From Acidimicrobiia bacterium (GTDB lineage: Bacteria; Actinomycetota; Acidimicrobiia; ATN3; PSLF01): 64,000 bases of DNA. Positions 18,413 through 28,334 of this stretch are shown piece after piece. How positions within the stretch are numbered: position 1 is the first letter of the stretch; each line of letters opens with the position of its first letter. The position numbers were made by a program, and so were the translations under genes. Under the pieces are notes generated by a model. That model had not been told where the DNA came from, did no database searches, and was given only the letters and a program-made list of their open reading frames with translations. Location: assembly GCA_040289475.1 (NCBI GenBank), contig PSLF01000001.1, forward strand, positions 265,009 to 329,008, in the 5' to 3' direction.

Positions 18413-19740
18413 AGCTGTTCCGGTGCGGGTCGATCTCTTTGCTCAGATATGACCACTAGGACGGCGACTACGACAAAGTTGGCGAAAAGGCTCGAACCCC
18501 CGTATGACATCAACGGCGTTGTCAGTCCGGTTAGAGGAAGGAGGCGGGTGACCCCTGCTAAGACCAGCACAGTCTGGATCCCTACGGCACCGGTCAAGCC
18601 GGCGGCCAAGAGTTTTCCGAGGGGATTGCGGGCGACCAAAGAGACACGAGCGGCCGCCGTAAAAAATACGGCGTACGCGCCGAGGAGGCCGCACAAACCC
18701 AAGAATCCGAATTCCTCCCCAGCTGCAGGAAACACGAAATCTGTGTAGGCCAGAGGTATGAGACCGGGGCTGCCCCTACCGGGGCCCGTCCCAGCCAAGC
18801 TGCCGGTGCCCAAAGAAAACAGGGCCTGCGCGATCTGGAAGCCCGAGGTGTCGTAGGTAGCGAATGGATCGATCCACACGGCAATCCTCGTTCTCACGTG
18901 AGCGAAGAGAAAATAAGCGACTACTGCACCACTTACAAAGAGGGTGGCCCCTGCGATCTGGTAAAACGGGCGCCCGGTCGCCAAGTACAGCAGTGTCAAA
19001 AATATGGTTAGCAATAGGAGGGAGGAGCCGAGGTCGCGCTCTACAGCCAATACTGCGAAGGAGACAGCCCACACGGCCGCCACCGGCGCTAGATGCTTGG
19101 GGTGAGGGAGCGACAATGGTCCCAAGCGGAAAGTGGAAATTGTGAGGAGCTCTCTTCTCTCCAGGAGATAAGAGGCGAAGAAAAAGACCAGGGCAACTTT
19201 GGCGACTTCCCCCGGTTGAAAGCTGATCGGGCCGAGTGCTACCCATAGCCGGGAACCGTTTATCTCTTTTCCAATTCCGGGAACCATAGGGAGCATGACC
19301 GAACCGATCCCTAGGACCGCCCAGATGTAGCGATAGCGGTCGATAAGGCGGTAATCCCTGAGAGCGGCTAGGGTAGCAAGGTATCCCACCGATGCAGCCG
19401 CGGTCCACCACAGCTGCGCAGCAGCCTTGTCGGGCGCCAGTCTCGCAATCACGACGTATCCCATACCGTGGAGAAGCACGACGGGAGGCAGAATGCCCGC
19501 ACTCGCCGTGGGTGCAAGAAGCCGGTTTGCTATGTGCAACGCCGCGAACGAAACCCCTGCAATTGCCAGATATCGAAAAGGATGAACGTTCTCCCTGAAG
19601 AATTGGTTGCCCGAATACCTGAGAAGAACAAGGGCTGCCTCTGTGGCGCCCAAAGAGATCGTCAGGTATAGCGCCTCACGGTTTCGGGGCGCTAGGGGTC
19701 TCATCGGGCTGGCTAACGCTGTCCCCCTGACTCTCTGCAC
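18409..19740 (-). CDS. rodA: SEDS-family peptidoglycan polymerase RodA/FtsW
   Basis: Polytopic membrane protein with the conserved FQPGEVAKVALVFFFASYL region, and 4-nt overlap with the pbpA start. Confidence 0.9.
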   Translation of the reverse strand: MQRVRGTALASPMRPLAPRNREALYLTISLGATEAALVLLRYSGNQFFRENVHPFRYLAIAGVSFAALHIANRLLAPTASAGILPPVVLLHGMGYVVIARLAPDKAAAQLWWTAAASVGYLATLAALRDYRLIDRYRYIWAVLGIGSVMLPMVPGIGKEINGSRLWVALGPISFQPGEVAKVALVFFFASYLLERRELLTISTFRLGPLSLPHPKHLAPVAAVWAVSFAVLAVERDLGSSLLLLTIFLTLLYLATGRPFYQIAGATLFVSGAVVAYFLFAHVRTRIAVWIDPFATYDTSGFQIAQALFSLGTGSLAGTGPGRGSPGLIPLAYTDFVFPAAGEEFGFLGLCGLLGAYAVFFTAAARVSLVARNPLGKLLAAGLTGAVGIQTVLVLAGVTRLLPLTGLTTPLMSYGGSSLFANFVVVAVLVVISEQRDRPAPEQL

Positions 19741-20497
19741 TTTTCAGGCTTCGATCTTGTGCCTGGTCGGTGTCGGATCCATCGGCTACCACGTCAATTA
19801 TCAAGACCGTTGTGTTGTCCTCTCCCCCCGCCGCGTTAGCAGCATCTACGAGTTCTCTGGTGGCAGCAGCCGTGTCGGGGACCTTTTCCAAAATCTCAGC
19901 TATTGCCTCGTCAGAAACCATCGAGTAGAGCCCGTCTGAGCACAACAGCACCCTGTCGCCCTCTTTAATTCCCAAAGTCACGGTGTCTATCACGATGTCC
20001 GGCTCGACTCCTAGGGCTCTTGTAATGATCGAGCGATTTGGATGAACCTTGGCTTCTTCTTCGCTCATCCGCCCATGGCGGACGTATTCGGCTACTAGGG
20101 TGTGGTCTTGAGTAAGTTGTTCAAGCCTCCCTTCCCGAAAAAGGTAGGCTCGCGAGTCGCCGACGTGTGCAATGGAAAGCTGGCCATCCCTCGCTACAGC
20201 GGCAGTTAGGGTAGTTCCCATTCGGAGGAGCGAAGGATCACCGGCTGCTTTCTCGTACACCGCCCTATTTGCTGCCTTTGCGCTCTCGACGAGAGCGGCG
20301 CTGGGATCTTCGTCGGACGCGATACCATCGGCGAGTTCTTTCAAGGTTGCGATGGTCGTACCCGAGGCCACCTCGCCAGCTTGATGCCCTCCCATCCCAT
20401 CGGCCACGGCGAACAGGGGCTCGGCAACCAGGAAGGCGTCCTCGTTGCTCGTACGCACTAAGCCCGTATCGGTGAGGGCTGCTACTCTCAGCTTCAA
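19676..20497 (-). CDS. pstP: PP2C-family Ser/Thr phosphatase PstP (short form, catalytic domain plus acidic tail)
   Basis: LTDTGLVRTSNEDAF, the metal-binding VADGMGGH, DNTTV near the C-terminus, and genomic context between fhaB and rodA. Confidence 0.9.
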   Translation of the reverse strand: MKLRVAALTDTGLVRTSNEDAFLVAEPLFAVADGMGGHQAGEVASGTTIATLKELADGIASDEDPSAALVESAKAANRAVYEKAAGDPSLLRMGTTLTAAVARDGQLSIAHVGDSRAYLFREGRLEQLTQDHTLVAEYVRHGRMSEEEAKVHPNRSIITRALGVEPDIVIDTVTLGIKEGDRVLLCSDGLYSMVSDEAIAEILEKVPDTAAATRELVDAANAAGGEDNTTVLIIDVVADGSDTDQAQDRSLKSAESQGDSVSQPDETPSAPKP

Positions 20498-20501
20498 TCG
20501 T

Positions 20502-20960
20502 CTACTTCCTGAACTCCAGGATCGTGTTTCCCAATGAGATCCGGTCGCCTCTCTCTACGCGCGCGGACCCCTTCACTCTTGTACCGTTCAAGTATGTACC
20601 GTTCGTGGAGCCTAAGTCCTCGACAACGCACGTATTATTCTGCAACGAAATGCGGGCGTGGTACTGAGAGATGAATCGGTCGTCCGGAATCGAGATGTCA
20701 CAGCTGAGAGAGCGCCCTATCGTCATTTCGTCTCGCAATGGTATAGATCTGGGTCGCTGATTGGGCGCCGATACCACGTACACCGACCCAGGTACCCCTC
20801 CTTTCGTCACTCCGATGGCTGCAGACGGATCGAACTCCGCTGAGCCTTGCCGGACGATCTCTCGAGTCTCGTGCGCGAGAGATTTGGCCATCCTGTAAAG
20901 GAAGAACAGGATCGCCACCGCCAAAGCGAGTCTTGCTGAAGTGAATACTATCTCGGGCAT
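20502..20960 (-). CDS. fhaB: FHA-domain protein FhaB/FipA (N-terminal TM anchor, C-terminal FHA)
   Basis: TM ALAVAILFFLY, then the FHA signature TIGRSLSCDISIPD...SQYHARI...VEDLGSTNGTYLNG. Confidence 0.85.
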   Translation of the reverse strand: MPEIVFTSARLALAVAILFFLYRMAKSLAHETREIVRQGSAEFDPSAAIGVTKGGVPGSVYVVSAPNQRPRSIPLRDEMTIGRSLSCDISIPDDRFISQYHARISLQNNTCVVEDLGSTNGTYLNGTRVKGSARVERGDRISLGNTILEFRK

Positions 20961-21038
20961 AGCATTGGGTCGACGAGTAGGATCGCCCAGACCTTGCCAG
21001 ATCAGGGAGCGATCTTGGTCCGTCAGGGTGTCAGGGCC

Positions 21039-21692
21039 TCAGACCAGCACGAACCTGAAAGTGGTGCGCCCCAGACGCAAAGCATCCCCGCTCTTTAGAA
21101 CCCGACGATCGATTTTTTCTTCGTTCACAAATGTTCCGTTGGTGGAGTTCAAATCGACGATCTCATACCCCTCTGCCGACTTCTTGATCTCTGCGTGGCG
21201 GCGGGAGCACCAGGTGTCCTGGAGTACGACGTCGCACTCGGTCGCCCTCCCGAACAGCATGTACTCTTCCAACTCGATGCGCTGACCGTCGGGCGCGATT
21301 AGGATTCCTTTTCCGCTCACCTTCCGCTCCTGAATCTCAGTGTGGACTTCGAGGGTTCCCTCCAAAAGCCCGCTTCCAATAGACAGCTCGATCTCGACCG
21401 GAGACAACAGTGCCCAGCCCTCACGAGCCGCTTGACGTGTCAGGGCCAGCGAAAGCTCTTCTCGAAGTCTAGCCCCAATGGGGGCCAAACGGTGGAAGTC
21501 TTGCTCTGAAAGGAACACTTTGAACACGTTCGGAGCCACGACCCTCCCAGAGAACACCGACTTGTTCAAGTCTTGTGCCCTGGCGAGCCTACGCAGAATC
21601 TCTACCGGCTGAAGGCCCGATCGAAAGAGCCGGGCGACCGTTCTATCGACGGCTCGCTCGAGCCTTTCCTCGAATTCCTGAACAATTCCCAT
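21039..21692 (-). CDS. fhaA: FHA-domain protein FhaA (DUF3662 N-terminal domain plus C-terminal FHA). The ORF extends to 21716, but the Met at 21692 (MGIVQEFEERLE) matches the family start.
   Basis: MGIVQEFEERLERAVD...QPVEI... and a C-terminal FHA domain (FGRATECDVVLQD...SRRHAEI...VDLNSTNGTFVN). Confidence 0.85.
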   Translation of the reverse strand: MGIVQEFEERLERAVDRTVARLFRSGLQPVEILRRLARAQDLNKSVFSGRVVAPNVFKVFLSEQDFHRLAPIGARLREELSLALTRQAAREGWALLSPVEIELSIGSGLLEGTLEVHTEIQERKVSGKGILIAPDGQRIELEEYMLFGRATECDVVLQDTWCSRRHAEIKKSAEGYEIVDLNSTNGTFVNEEKIDRRVLKSGDALRLGRTTFRFVLV

Positions 21693-21953
21693 CTTCAAAG
21701 AGGTTACCAAAAGCATGCGACAACACGGTTCTCTGTTGGATCGTTAGATCTACATCGCATGATTTGACCGAGCGCTCAATGTCACGGGGTTCGCCGGAAA
21801 TGCGCACCGAAAGCTAGAGTGTTTCCTAGTTTTAGGCGTGTGGCGTTAGAGCATATTGGCTGAATGAGAGCGTGTTTAGCGTGCTAGTCTACCCGCGCCG
21901 GGCGGGAGGTGAGAGTTTTCTACGCAGGGGCAGTGTTCGCCTCTCGAAGCCTA

Positions 21954-22038
<85 letters not shown>

Positions 22039-22053
22039 CGTTTGTTGGAGGCG

Positions 22054-23067
22054 ATGCTGCTAGCTTCGATTCCCGTGCCTCGGCAATCAAGGCGTACACG
22101 ACAGTTCAGACTTGTCGTGATCGTCGTCGCGGCTCTTGTCGCGGCAATCCTAGTGTGGAGGGTGTGTACCGCTGGACCTTCGGCTACCGCTGACTACGTC
22201 GACAGAGTACGTCCGGTTATACAAGACTCCAACAAGATCTCTCAGGCGATGAAGTCGATCTCCACGGAGCTCTCGACTTTCACTCGCGATGTTCTAGACG
22301 AGCGACTGGAACGCCTCGAAGCAGACTCCTCTTCCCTGGTGTCGGAGGCTTTGAAGATTCAGGCCAAGGAGGAAATCCGTGGGCTGCAGGCACTCTTCGT
22401 TGCTTCTGTAGAGCTGAGAGCTGCGGGGATAAGAAATTTCAGAAGGGGGGTGACAAACGCTCTGGAGGGAGTTCCAGCTCAGCAAGTCACCGCGGAGCTT
22501 CAGAATGCGATCGATCTCATCGACGCAGGCGATCGAAGCTACGGACTCTTTCAAGAAGAGGCCAAGGCGCGCCTTGCCCAATCCAAGGAGCAAAAAGTGG
22601 AAGTCCCCGACTCTCAGTACCTGAGGGACTCCCCATACTTGGGCGAAGGTCTAGCCAAGTTCGTGAAAGCGGTGCAGGGCCAGCCACGCCTAGCACCTAT
22701 CCACGACATCGTTGTCGCTCAAATTACGACCAAACCCGGGCCTACCGGAAAGCTCGGGGATGTAGATCTCATCCCGGCGTCTTCCAGCTTTAGTTTAATC
22801 GTCACCGTCTCCAACGACGGGAACTTGCCCGAAAGGGACATCGTAGTCAAAGTGCGCCTAACTTCAGAGACTCGGCCAGATCCTCAGGAGAGAGAACAGC
22901 GGATTCCGTCGCTGGAGCCAGGCGGTAAACGCAGCCTTACATTTGGGGACCTGGAGCCCACTCGGAACCAGACGAAGAACACCGTCAGTGTTTTCGTGGA
23001 CCCGGTGACAGACGAAAAGAACGTCGAAAACAACAGACGCGACTACAGCTTCGCAGTGAGGGGATGA
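22054..23067 (+). CDS. Membrane-anchored hypothetical protein with a C-terminal CARDB-like beta-sandwich domain. The ORF from 21997 overlaps the tRNA-Leu, so the ATG at 22054 is used.
   Basis: N-terminal TM LVVIVVAALVAAILVW, a coiled-coil-like middle region, and C-terminal FSLIVTVSNDGNLPE...VVKVRL...GGKRSLTFGDL...VSVFVDPVTDEKNVENN resembling CARDB. Confidence 0.5.
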   Translation: MLLASIPVPRQSRRTRQFRLVVIVVAALVAAILVWRVCTAGPSATADYVDRVRPVIQDSNKISQAMKSISTELSTFTRDVLDERLERLEADSSSLVSEALKIQAKEEIRGLQALFVASVELRAAGIRNFRRGVTNALEGVPAQQVTAELQNAIDLIDAGDRSYGLFQEEAKARLAQSKEQKVEVPDSQYLRDSPYLGEGLAKFVKAVQGQPRLAPIHDIVVAQITTKPGPTGKLGDVDLIPASSSFSLIVTVSNDGNLPERDIVVKVRLTSETRPDPQEREQRIPSLEPGGKRSLTFGDLEPTRNQTKNTVSVFVDPVTDEKNVENNRRDYSFAVRG

Positions 23068-24014
23068 GCGTGCCCAGCCTTTCGATCGCATTCCTCGGAC
23101 CAAAGGGCACCTTTTCCGAAGAGGCTCTCACGAGCCAGGAAGATCTCGCCGAGGGTATCCACATCCCTATGAACGACGTGTACGAGGTCGTGAGGGCGGT
23201 CGAGGCGAGAGAGGCAGACCTCGGCATTGTGCCGCTAGAAAACTCTATAGAGGGATCGGTCAACGCGACGCTCGATGCACTTACTTTCGAGTCGAAGGAT
23301 GTCCTCATAGAGCGGGAAGTGGTGATAGACGTTGATTTAAATCTTTTGGGCGTGGCGGGCTGCTCTCTCGACTCCATAGAGGTTGTATTTACCCACCCTC
23401 ACGCTCTCGCCCAGTGTCGATCTTTTATAGCAAGCAACATTCCGGGAGCTAGGGTCGAAGCGGCGATTTCCACAGCAGATGCGGCAAGGAGGGTCGCAAA
23501 CAGCGGAGATCCTGCCCAAGCAGCAGTTGCAACCAAGCTTGCGGCCGAAGTCTATGGCCTACACGTTATTGCCGACGGCATTGCCGACTACCCCGACAAT
23601 GCCACTCGTTTTGTAGTCTTAGGCCGCTCTGTTCCCCCACCTAGTGGGCAGGACAAGACAACCGTCGTGTGCTTCCAGGCTGAGGACAGACCAGGTTCAC
23701 TACTGGAGATTCTTCAGGAGTTCGCTGCGCGCTCGATCAACCTCACCAAGATTGAGAGTCGTCCCACCAAAAAGGGGCTCGGTCAATACTGCTTTTTCGT
23801 CGAGTTCGAGGGGCATTTATCGGATGCCATTGTCGCCGATGCTCTAAAACACCTTTACGTGAAGCTTGCCGACCTCAAGTACTTAGGGAGCTATCCCGCT
23901 GCCTCCTCCGGAGCATCCGAACATCGCAAAAAACTAGTGGGCGCTTGGGCCGAAGCCGACGCTTTTATAGAGCGCCTAAGATCGAAAATGGAGCGTTTGG
24001 ATGCAAGACCCTAG
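23064..24014 (+). CDS. pheA: Prephenate dehydratase (PDT domain plus C-terminal ACT domain)
   Basis: IAFLGPKGTFSEEA, the ESRP motif (TKIESRPTKK), and a C-terminal ACT regulatory domain with YCFFVEFEGH. Confidence 0.9.
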   Translation: MSVPSLSIAFLGPKGTFSEEALTSQEDLAEGIHIPMNDVYEVVRAVEAREADLGIVPLENSIEGSVNATLDALTFESKDVLIEREVVIDVDLNLLGVAGCSLDSIEVVFTHPHALAQCRSFIASNIPGARVEAAISTADAARRVANSGDPAQAAVATKLAAEVYGLHVIADGIADYPDNATRFVVLGRSVPPPSGQDKTTVVCFQAEDRPGSLLEILQEFAARSINLTKIESRPTKKGLGQYCFFVEFEGHLSDAIVADALKHLYVKLADLKYLGSYPAASSGASEHRKKLVGAWAEADAFIERLRSKMERLDARP

Positions 24015-24066
24015 CTGGCCTAATGATGAGATCAAGTCGTGTTGAGCTTTCCAACGTATACACACC

Positions 24067-25326
24067 GTGATAGATCTCAAAACTCTTAGAGAAAACTTCA
24101 ACGAGGTATCGGAGGGAATACGGCGCAAAGCTCCGCTTATCAGCTTGGAAGAAATACTTGAGCTCGACGCGTCCAAGAGGCAGCTGCAGCAGAAAGTCGA
24201 GAGTTTGAGGGCTGCCCAGAAGAACTTGGGGCGAGAGATCGCTCGAAGCCAAGGGGAGGCCCGAAACGCCCTTCTCGCTCAAGCAAAGGCTCTTGCCTCC
24301 GAGGTGGCCGAGGTGGAGGCCGAGCTCGAGTCCAAGGCCGGCGAACTCGAGGCGCTCCTGGCTTCAGTTCCCAACCCCGCACACCCTAGTGTTCCCGATG
24401 GGAACAGCGAAGAAGAAAATGAAATTGTGAGAGTCGTTGGCGAGGTTCCTAGTTTTTCCTTTCCCCCGAGAGATCAAGAAACCTTAGGTGAACTACTCGA
24501 TGTTTTCGACTTGAAGCGCGGGGCAAGGACCTCGGGATCGCGCTTTGTGTACCTGAAGCGAGACGCTGCTTTGATCGAGTTCGCTCTGGTTCGCTATGCC
24601 CTAAGCAAGGCTGTCTCCTACGGCTTTGTGCCTGTGGTACCCCCGGTGCTTGTGAGAGAAGCAGCAATGTACGGGACAGGATTCTTTCCAGCTGACAAAT
24701 TCGAGTTTTACTCGGTCCCCGAGGATGGGCTGTACCTGGTGGGGACCGCGGAGGTGCCGCTCGCATCGTTGCACGCTGGAGAAATTCTCGAGGCGGAGTC
24801 GCTTCCACTCCGGTATGTCGGCTTTTCCACGTGCTTTAGGCGAGAGGCCGGCACCTACGGAAAAGACACAAGAGGCGCATTCAGGGTCCACCAGTTCGAC
24901 AAGGTGGAGCTTTTCAGCTTTACCGATGCAAATAGTTCTTGGGAAGAGCACGAGTTTTTGCTGGCTATAGAGGAAGAGCTGGTGTCGGGGCTTGGACTTC
25001 CATATCAGGTCGTGAATGTTTGTGCAGGAGAGCTCGGTGCCTCGGCCGCAAAAAAATACGATATCGAGGTGTGGTTGCCTAGCGAGGGTAGGTATCGAGA
25101 AGCTACCTCGTGCTCGAATTGCACGGATTTCCAAGCGCGCAGGCTGGGCGTGCGCTATCGAACTCCCTCTGGGACAGCACTATGTCACACGCTGAATGGA
25201 ACGGCCGTGGCTTGCACACGGTGGATCGTGTTTATCCTCGAGAACTTTCAAGAAGAGGACGGATCCGTGGTCATTCCAAAGCCTTTACAAGAATTTGTCG
25301 GTCGCGAGCGTATAGAGCCGATTTGA
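24067..25326 (+). CDS. serS: Seryl-tRNA synthetase
   Basis: N-terminal coiled-coil arm (MIDLKTLREN...), class II motifs (FRREAG, GTAEVPL, RVHQFDKVE), and length 419 aa. Confidence 0.95.
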   Translation: MIDLKTLRENFNEVSEGIRRKAPLISLEEILELDASKRQLQQKVESLRAAQKNLGREIARSQGEARNALLAQAKALASEVAEVEAELESKAGELEALLASVPNPAHPSVPDGNSEEENEIVRVVGEVPSFSFPPRDQETLGELLDVFDLKRGARTSGSRFVYLKRDAALIEFALVRYALSKAVSYGFVPVVPPVLVREAAMYGTGFFPADKFEFYSVPEDGLYLVGTAEVPLASLHAGEILEAESLPLRYVGFSTCFRREAGTYGKDTRGAFRVHQFDKVELFSFTDANSSWEEHEFLLAIEEELVSGLGLPYQVVNVCAGELGASAAKKYDIEVWLPSEGRYREATSCSNCTDFQARRLGVRYRTPSGTALCHTLNGTAVACTRWIVFILENFQEEDGSVVIPKPLQEFVGRERIEPI

Positions 25327-25338
25327 GAACATTTTGGG

Positions 25339-25367
25339 GCGTTAGAGCGATTGTTGCGCTATAACGC
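25339..25367 (+). terminator. Strong imperfect hairpin GCGTTAGAGCG-attgttg-CGCTATAACGC (10 of 11 bp) 13 nt after the serS stop; terminator or regulatory stem-loop
   Basis: Inverted repeat read directly in the sequence, located between serS and the pst operon. Confidence 0.35.
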
Positions 25368-25480
25368 TCGACCCTGTATATACTCGCGCATGGCATGAGG
25401 CGTCAGGAGCCTAGTCAGAGCACAGATCCCTCCCGGGAGGGCCGACGCGTCGTAACCGCTTATCTGAAAGGGGGAATCCA

Positions 25481-26500
25481 TTGAATCAACGGAGTGGTAT
25501 GAGCGCGCGCGCACACCGTTTGCTTGTCGGCGTTGTGGCTTCAGTCGTTTTGATTGGCGCGTGTAGCGGCCAGCGGCATTCTGGCGGGCTGTCTGGCTCT
25601 GTCGTTGGAGATGGATCTAGTACGGTATTTCCGATATCGGAGGCAATTGCTGAGGCATTCGGGAAGGAAAATCCGGACGTTCGGGTGACCGTTGGGGTGT
25701 CCGGCACGGGCGGAGGATTCAAAAAGTTCTGCGAAGGAGAGCTCGACTTCAACGACGCTTCACGCCCGATCAAAAAAGAGGAAATGGAGCGGTGCGCTGC
25801 CAAGGGCATAGAGTTCATCGAGCTTCCGATTGCTTACGATGGCATTTCAGTGCTAGTAAACAAGGCTAACGACTGGGTGGATTACATAACAGTCGCAGAG
25901 CTAAAAAAAGCATGGGAGCCGGACGCCCAAGGGAAGGTAACTCGTTGGAACCAAATCAGGCCCAGTTGGCCTGATCGCCCTCTCCAGTTATACGGACCGG
26001 GAACCGACTCCGGCACATTCGACTATTTCACAGAAGCCGTCGTGGGGAAGCAAGATGCTAGTCGTGGTGACTATACCGCTAGCGAGGACGACAACGTTTT
26101 GGTCCAGGGAGTTTCCGGTGACCCGAACGCCTTGGGATACTTCGGATACGCGTACTACGTGGAGAACCAGGACAAACTTAAAGCGGTTCCCATTGTCAAT
26201 CCCAAGACCTCCAAGCCAGTGCTTCCTTCTGAAGAAACCATAAAAAGCGGCGAGTACTCGCCGCTGTCCCGGCCGCTGTTTGTATATGTCACAAAGAATG
26301 CTTCTCTACGTCCCGAGGTGCGCGCATTCTTAGACTTCTACCTTTCTCACCCGGAGATCATTGCGGCTACAGGATATGTAAGCCTGTCATCAGAGCTTTA
26401 TTCGAGGGCCTCTAAGCGATTGGCAGCGGGCACTACTGGCTCGGCTTTTGGTGGAGCCACAGAGCTCGGGCCTGGCGGGCTGGAACAGGCTTATAAGTGA
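25481..26500 (+). CDS. pstS: Phosphate ABC transporter substrate-binding lipoprotein PstS (TTG start at 25481, or ATG at 25499)
   Basis: Lipobox LIGAC, SGGSSTV-like GDGSSTVFP, phosphate-binding region TGGGFKKF, and the first gene of a pstSCAB cluster. Confidence 0.9.
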   Translation: MNQRSGMSARAHRLLVGVVASVVLIGACSGQRHSGGLSGSVVGDGSSTVFPISEAIAEAFGKENPDVRVTVGVSGTGGGFKKFCEGELDFNDASRPIKKEEMERCAAKGIEFIELPIAYDGISVLVNKANDWVDYITVAELKKAWEPDAQGKVTRWNQIRPSWPDRPLQLYGPGTDSGTFDYFTEAVVGKQDASRGDYTASEDDNVLVQGVSGDPNALGYFGYAYYVENQDKLKAVPIVNPKTSKPVLPSEETIKSGEYSPLSRPLFVYVTKNASLRPEVRAFLDFYLSHPEIIAATGYVSLSSELYSRASKRLAAGTTGSAFGGATELGPGGLEQAYK

Positions 26501-27432
26501 CGCCTACCGCTACCGCCGTCGAATCTCGGCAAATTGGTCGATGGACGGGGGTGACAAGACGGCGAAAAGAGGGCGCGGCTGTTTGGGTCCTGCGGCTCTT
26601 TGCGGCCATATCGGTGTTGACCACTTTGGGGATAGTGTGGGTGCTCGCATCCGAGAGCTACGAATTCTTTAGGCACGTTCCTCTTAGGGAGTTCCTTACA
26701 GACAAGGAGTGGACTCCCCTCTTTTCGAACAAACACTTCGGAATAGCCCCCCTGTTGGTCAGCACGCTTCTCGTGACGGCGATAGCATGCGCAGTAGCTG
26801 TCCCACTGGGGCTACTCGCGGCCGTGGGGCTCTATGCATACCTTCCAGGTAGGTTGGCTCGAAAAGTCAAGCCCATCCTAGAGCTTCTTGCTGGTATTCC
26901 AGCCGTGGTGTACGGGTACTTTGCGCTACTAGCTGTTACGCCAGTTATCCAAAAGCTAATCCCCAGAACGGCTGTGTTCAATGCGGCGTCTGCAGGCATC
27001 GTGATGGGGATGATGATCCTCCCAATGGTAGCTTCGCTTTCCGAGGACGCTCTATCGGCCGTACCCAAGAGCATCGTCGAGGGCGCTTACGCCTTGGGCG
27101 CAACGAGACCGGCGGCCATCTTTAGAGTGGTTTTCCCCGCGGCTCTTGGGGGAATCGTCGCTTCAGTGATCCTCGCGGTGTCGCGAGCGATAGGAGAGAC
27201 GATGATCGTCGCGATAGCTATGGGTCAGCAACCCCGGCTCACCTTGGATCCGCTAGTGCCCTCGGAGACGATGACCGCCTACATAGTTCAAGTCAGTCTC
27301 GGCGACACGCCGAGAGGCACTCTCGAATACCAGACTATTTTTGCGGTCGGGGCAACGCTTTTCGTTATTTCCATGTTGCTGAACCTCGCGAGCGTCAGGT
27401 TTGTGCGGCGGTTCCGGGAGGCCTATGAATGA
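26497..27432 (+). CDS. pstC: Phosphate ABC transporter permease PstC
   Basis: Six-TM permease with the EAA-like loop and a 4-nt overlap with the pstS stop. Confidence 0.9.
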   Translation: MTPTATAVESRQIGRWTGVTRRRKEGAAVWVLRLFAAISVLTTLGIVWVLASESYEFFRHVPLREFLTDKEWTPLFSNKHFGIAPLLVSTLLVTAIACAVAVPLGLLAAVGLYAYLPGRLARKVKPILELLAGIPAVVYGYFALLAVTPVIQKLIPRTAVFNAASAGIVMGMMILPMVASLSEDALSAVPKSIVEGAYALGATRPAAIFRVVFPAALGGIVASVILAVSRAIGETMIVAIAMGQQPRLTLDPLVPSETMTAYIVQVSLGDTPRGTLEYQTIFAVGATLFVISMLLNLASVRFVRRFREAYE

Positions 27433-28334
27433 GCGATACGGCAGATTTAAGAATCTCTCGTAGGCTCGGGGATAAGAGCGGGAAAGGGCGTGTTGCGGAG
27501 ACGCTTGCATTGGTTTCCACGATTACGGCTGTGCTTTCTGCGCTTTTGTTTTTGTCATTGCTTTTGGCAAAGGTCGCAGTAGACGGGCTGCCGGCGCTGA
27601 GTTGGAGGTTTCTTTGGAGCTACCCCTCGGCTGATCCTACGCGAGCCGGGATAAAGGCGGCGCTGTTTGGAAGCGTGTACATAATGGGACTGGTGGCGGC
27701 AATGGCTATTCCTGTGGGAGTTGGTGCCGCTCTCTACCTCGAAGAGTTCGGCGAGAAGACTCGCTTCGCGCGCTTGGTGGAGCTAAATATACAGAACCTG
27801 GCCGCAGTACCCTCGATCGTGTACGGGTTGCTAGGCGCCGGGGTGCTTGTCAAGACGTTCAGAATGGGCGAGAGCCTAATTACTGGAGCTACGATCCTTA
27901 CGCTTCTAGTTCTTCCCCTAATGATCGTGGCGTCAAGGGAAGCGATTCGAAGCGTGCCGCCGTCGCTTCGCGAGGCGGCCTACGCCCTGGGGGCTACAAG
28001 ATGGGAGGTGGCGTCTAGAGTGGTGTTGCCCGCGGCCTCCCGAGGCATCGTTACCGGCGTGGTCCTTGCGCTCTCTAGAGCAATTGGAGAAGCTGCTCCC
28101 TTGGTGACCATTGGGGCGCTCACTTATGTAACTTTCGAGCCCAGAAGCCTTTCCGATCGATTTACGGTACTGCCCATCCAGATTTTTAACTGGATATCAA
28201 GGCCGCAAGAGAGGTTCCATCAAAATGCCGCGGCTGCAATTCTTGTTCTTCTCGGCGTCTTGATACTCTTCAACGGCACTGCTGTGTGGCTTAGAGCGCG
28301 AGCACAGAGGGCAGAGGCGAGGTGGCGTACATGA
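27429..28334 (+). CDS. pstA: Phosphate ABC transporter permease PstA
   Basis: Permease paralog of PstC, ATGA overlap with pstC, conserved ALGATRWE region. Confidence 0.9.
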   Translation: MSDTADLRISRRLGDKSGKGRVAETLALVSTITAVLSALLFLSLLLAKVAVDGLPALSWRFLWSYPSADPTRAGIKAALFGSVYIMGLVAAMAIPVGVGAALYLEEFGEKTRFARLVELNIQNLAAVPSIVYGLLGAGVLVKTFRMGESLITGATILTLLVLPLMIVASREAIRSVPPSLREAAYALGATRWEVASRVVLPAASRGIVTGVVLALSRAIGEAAPLVTIGALTYVTFEPRSLSDRFTVLPIQIFNWISRPQERFHQNAAAAILVLLGVLILFNGTAVWLRARAQRAEARWRT

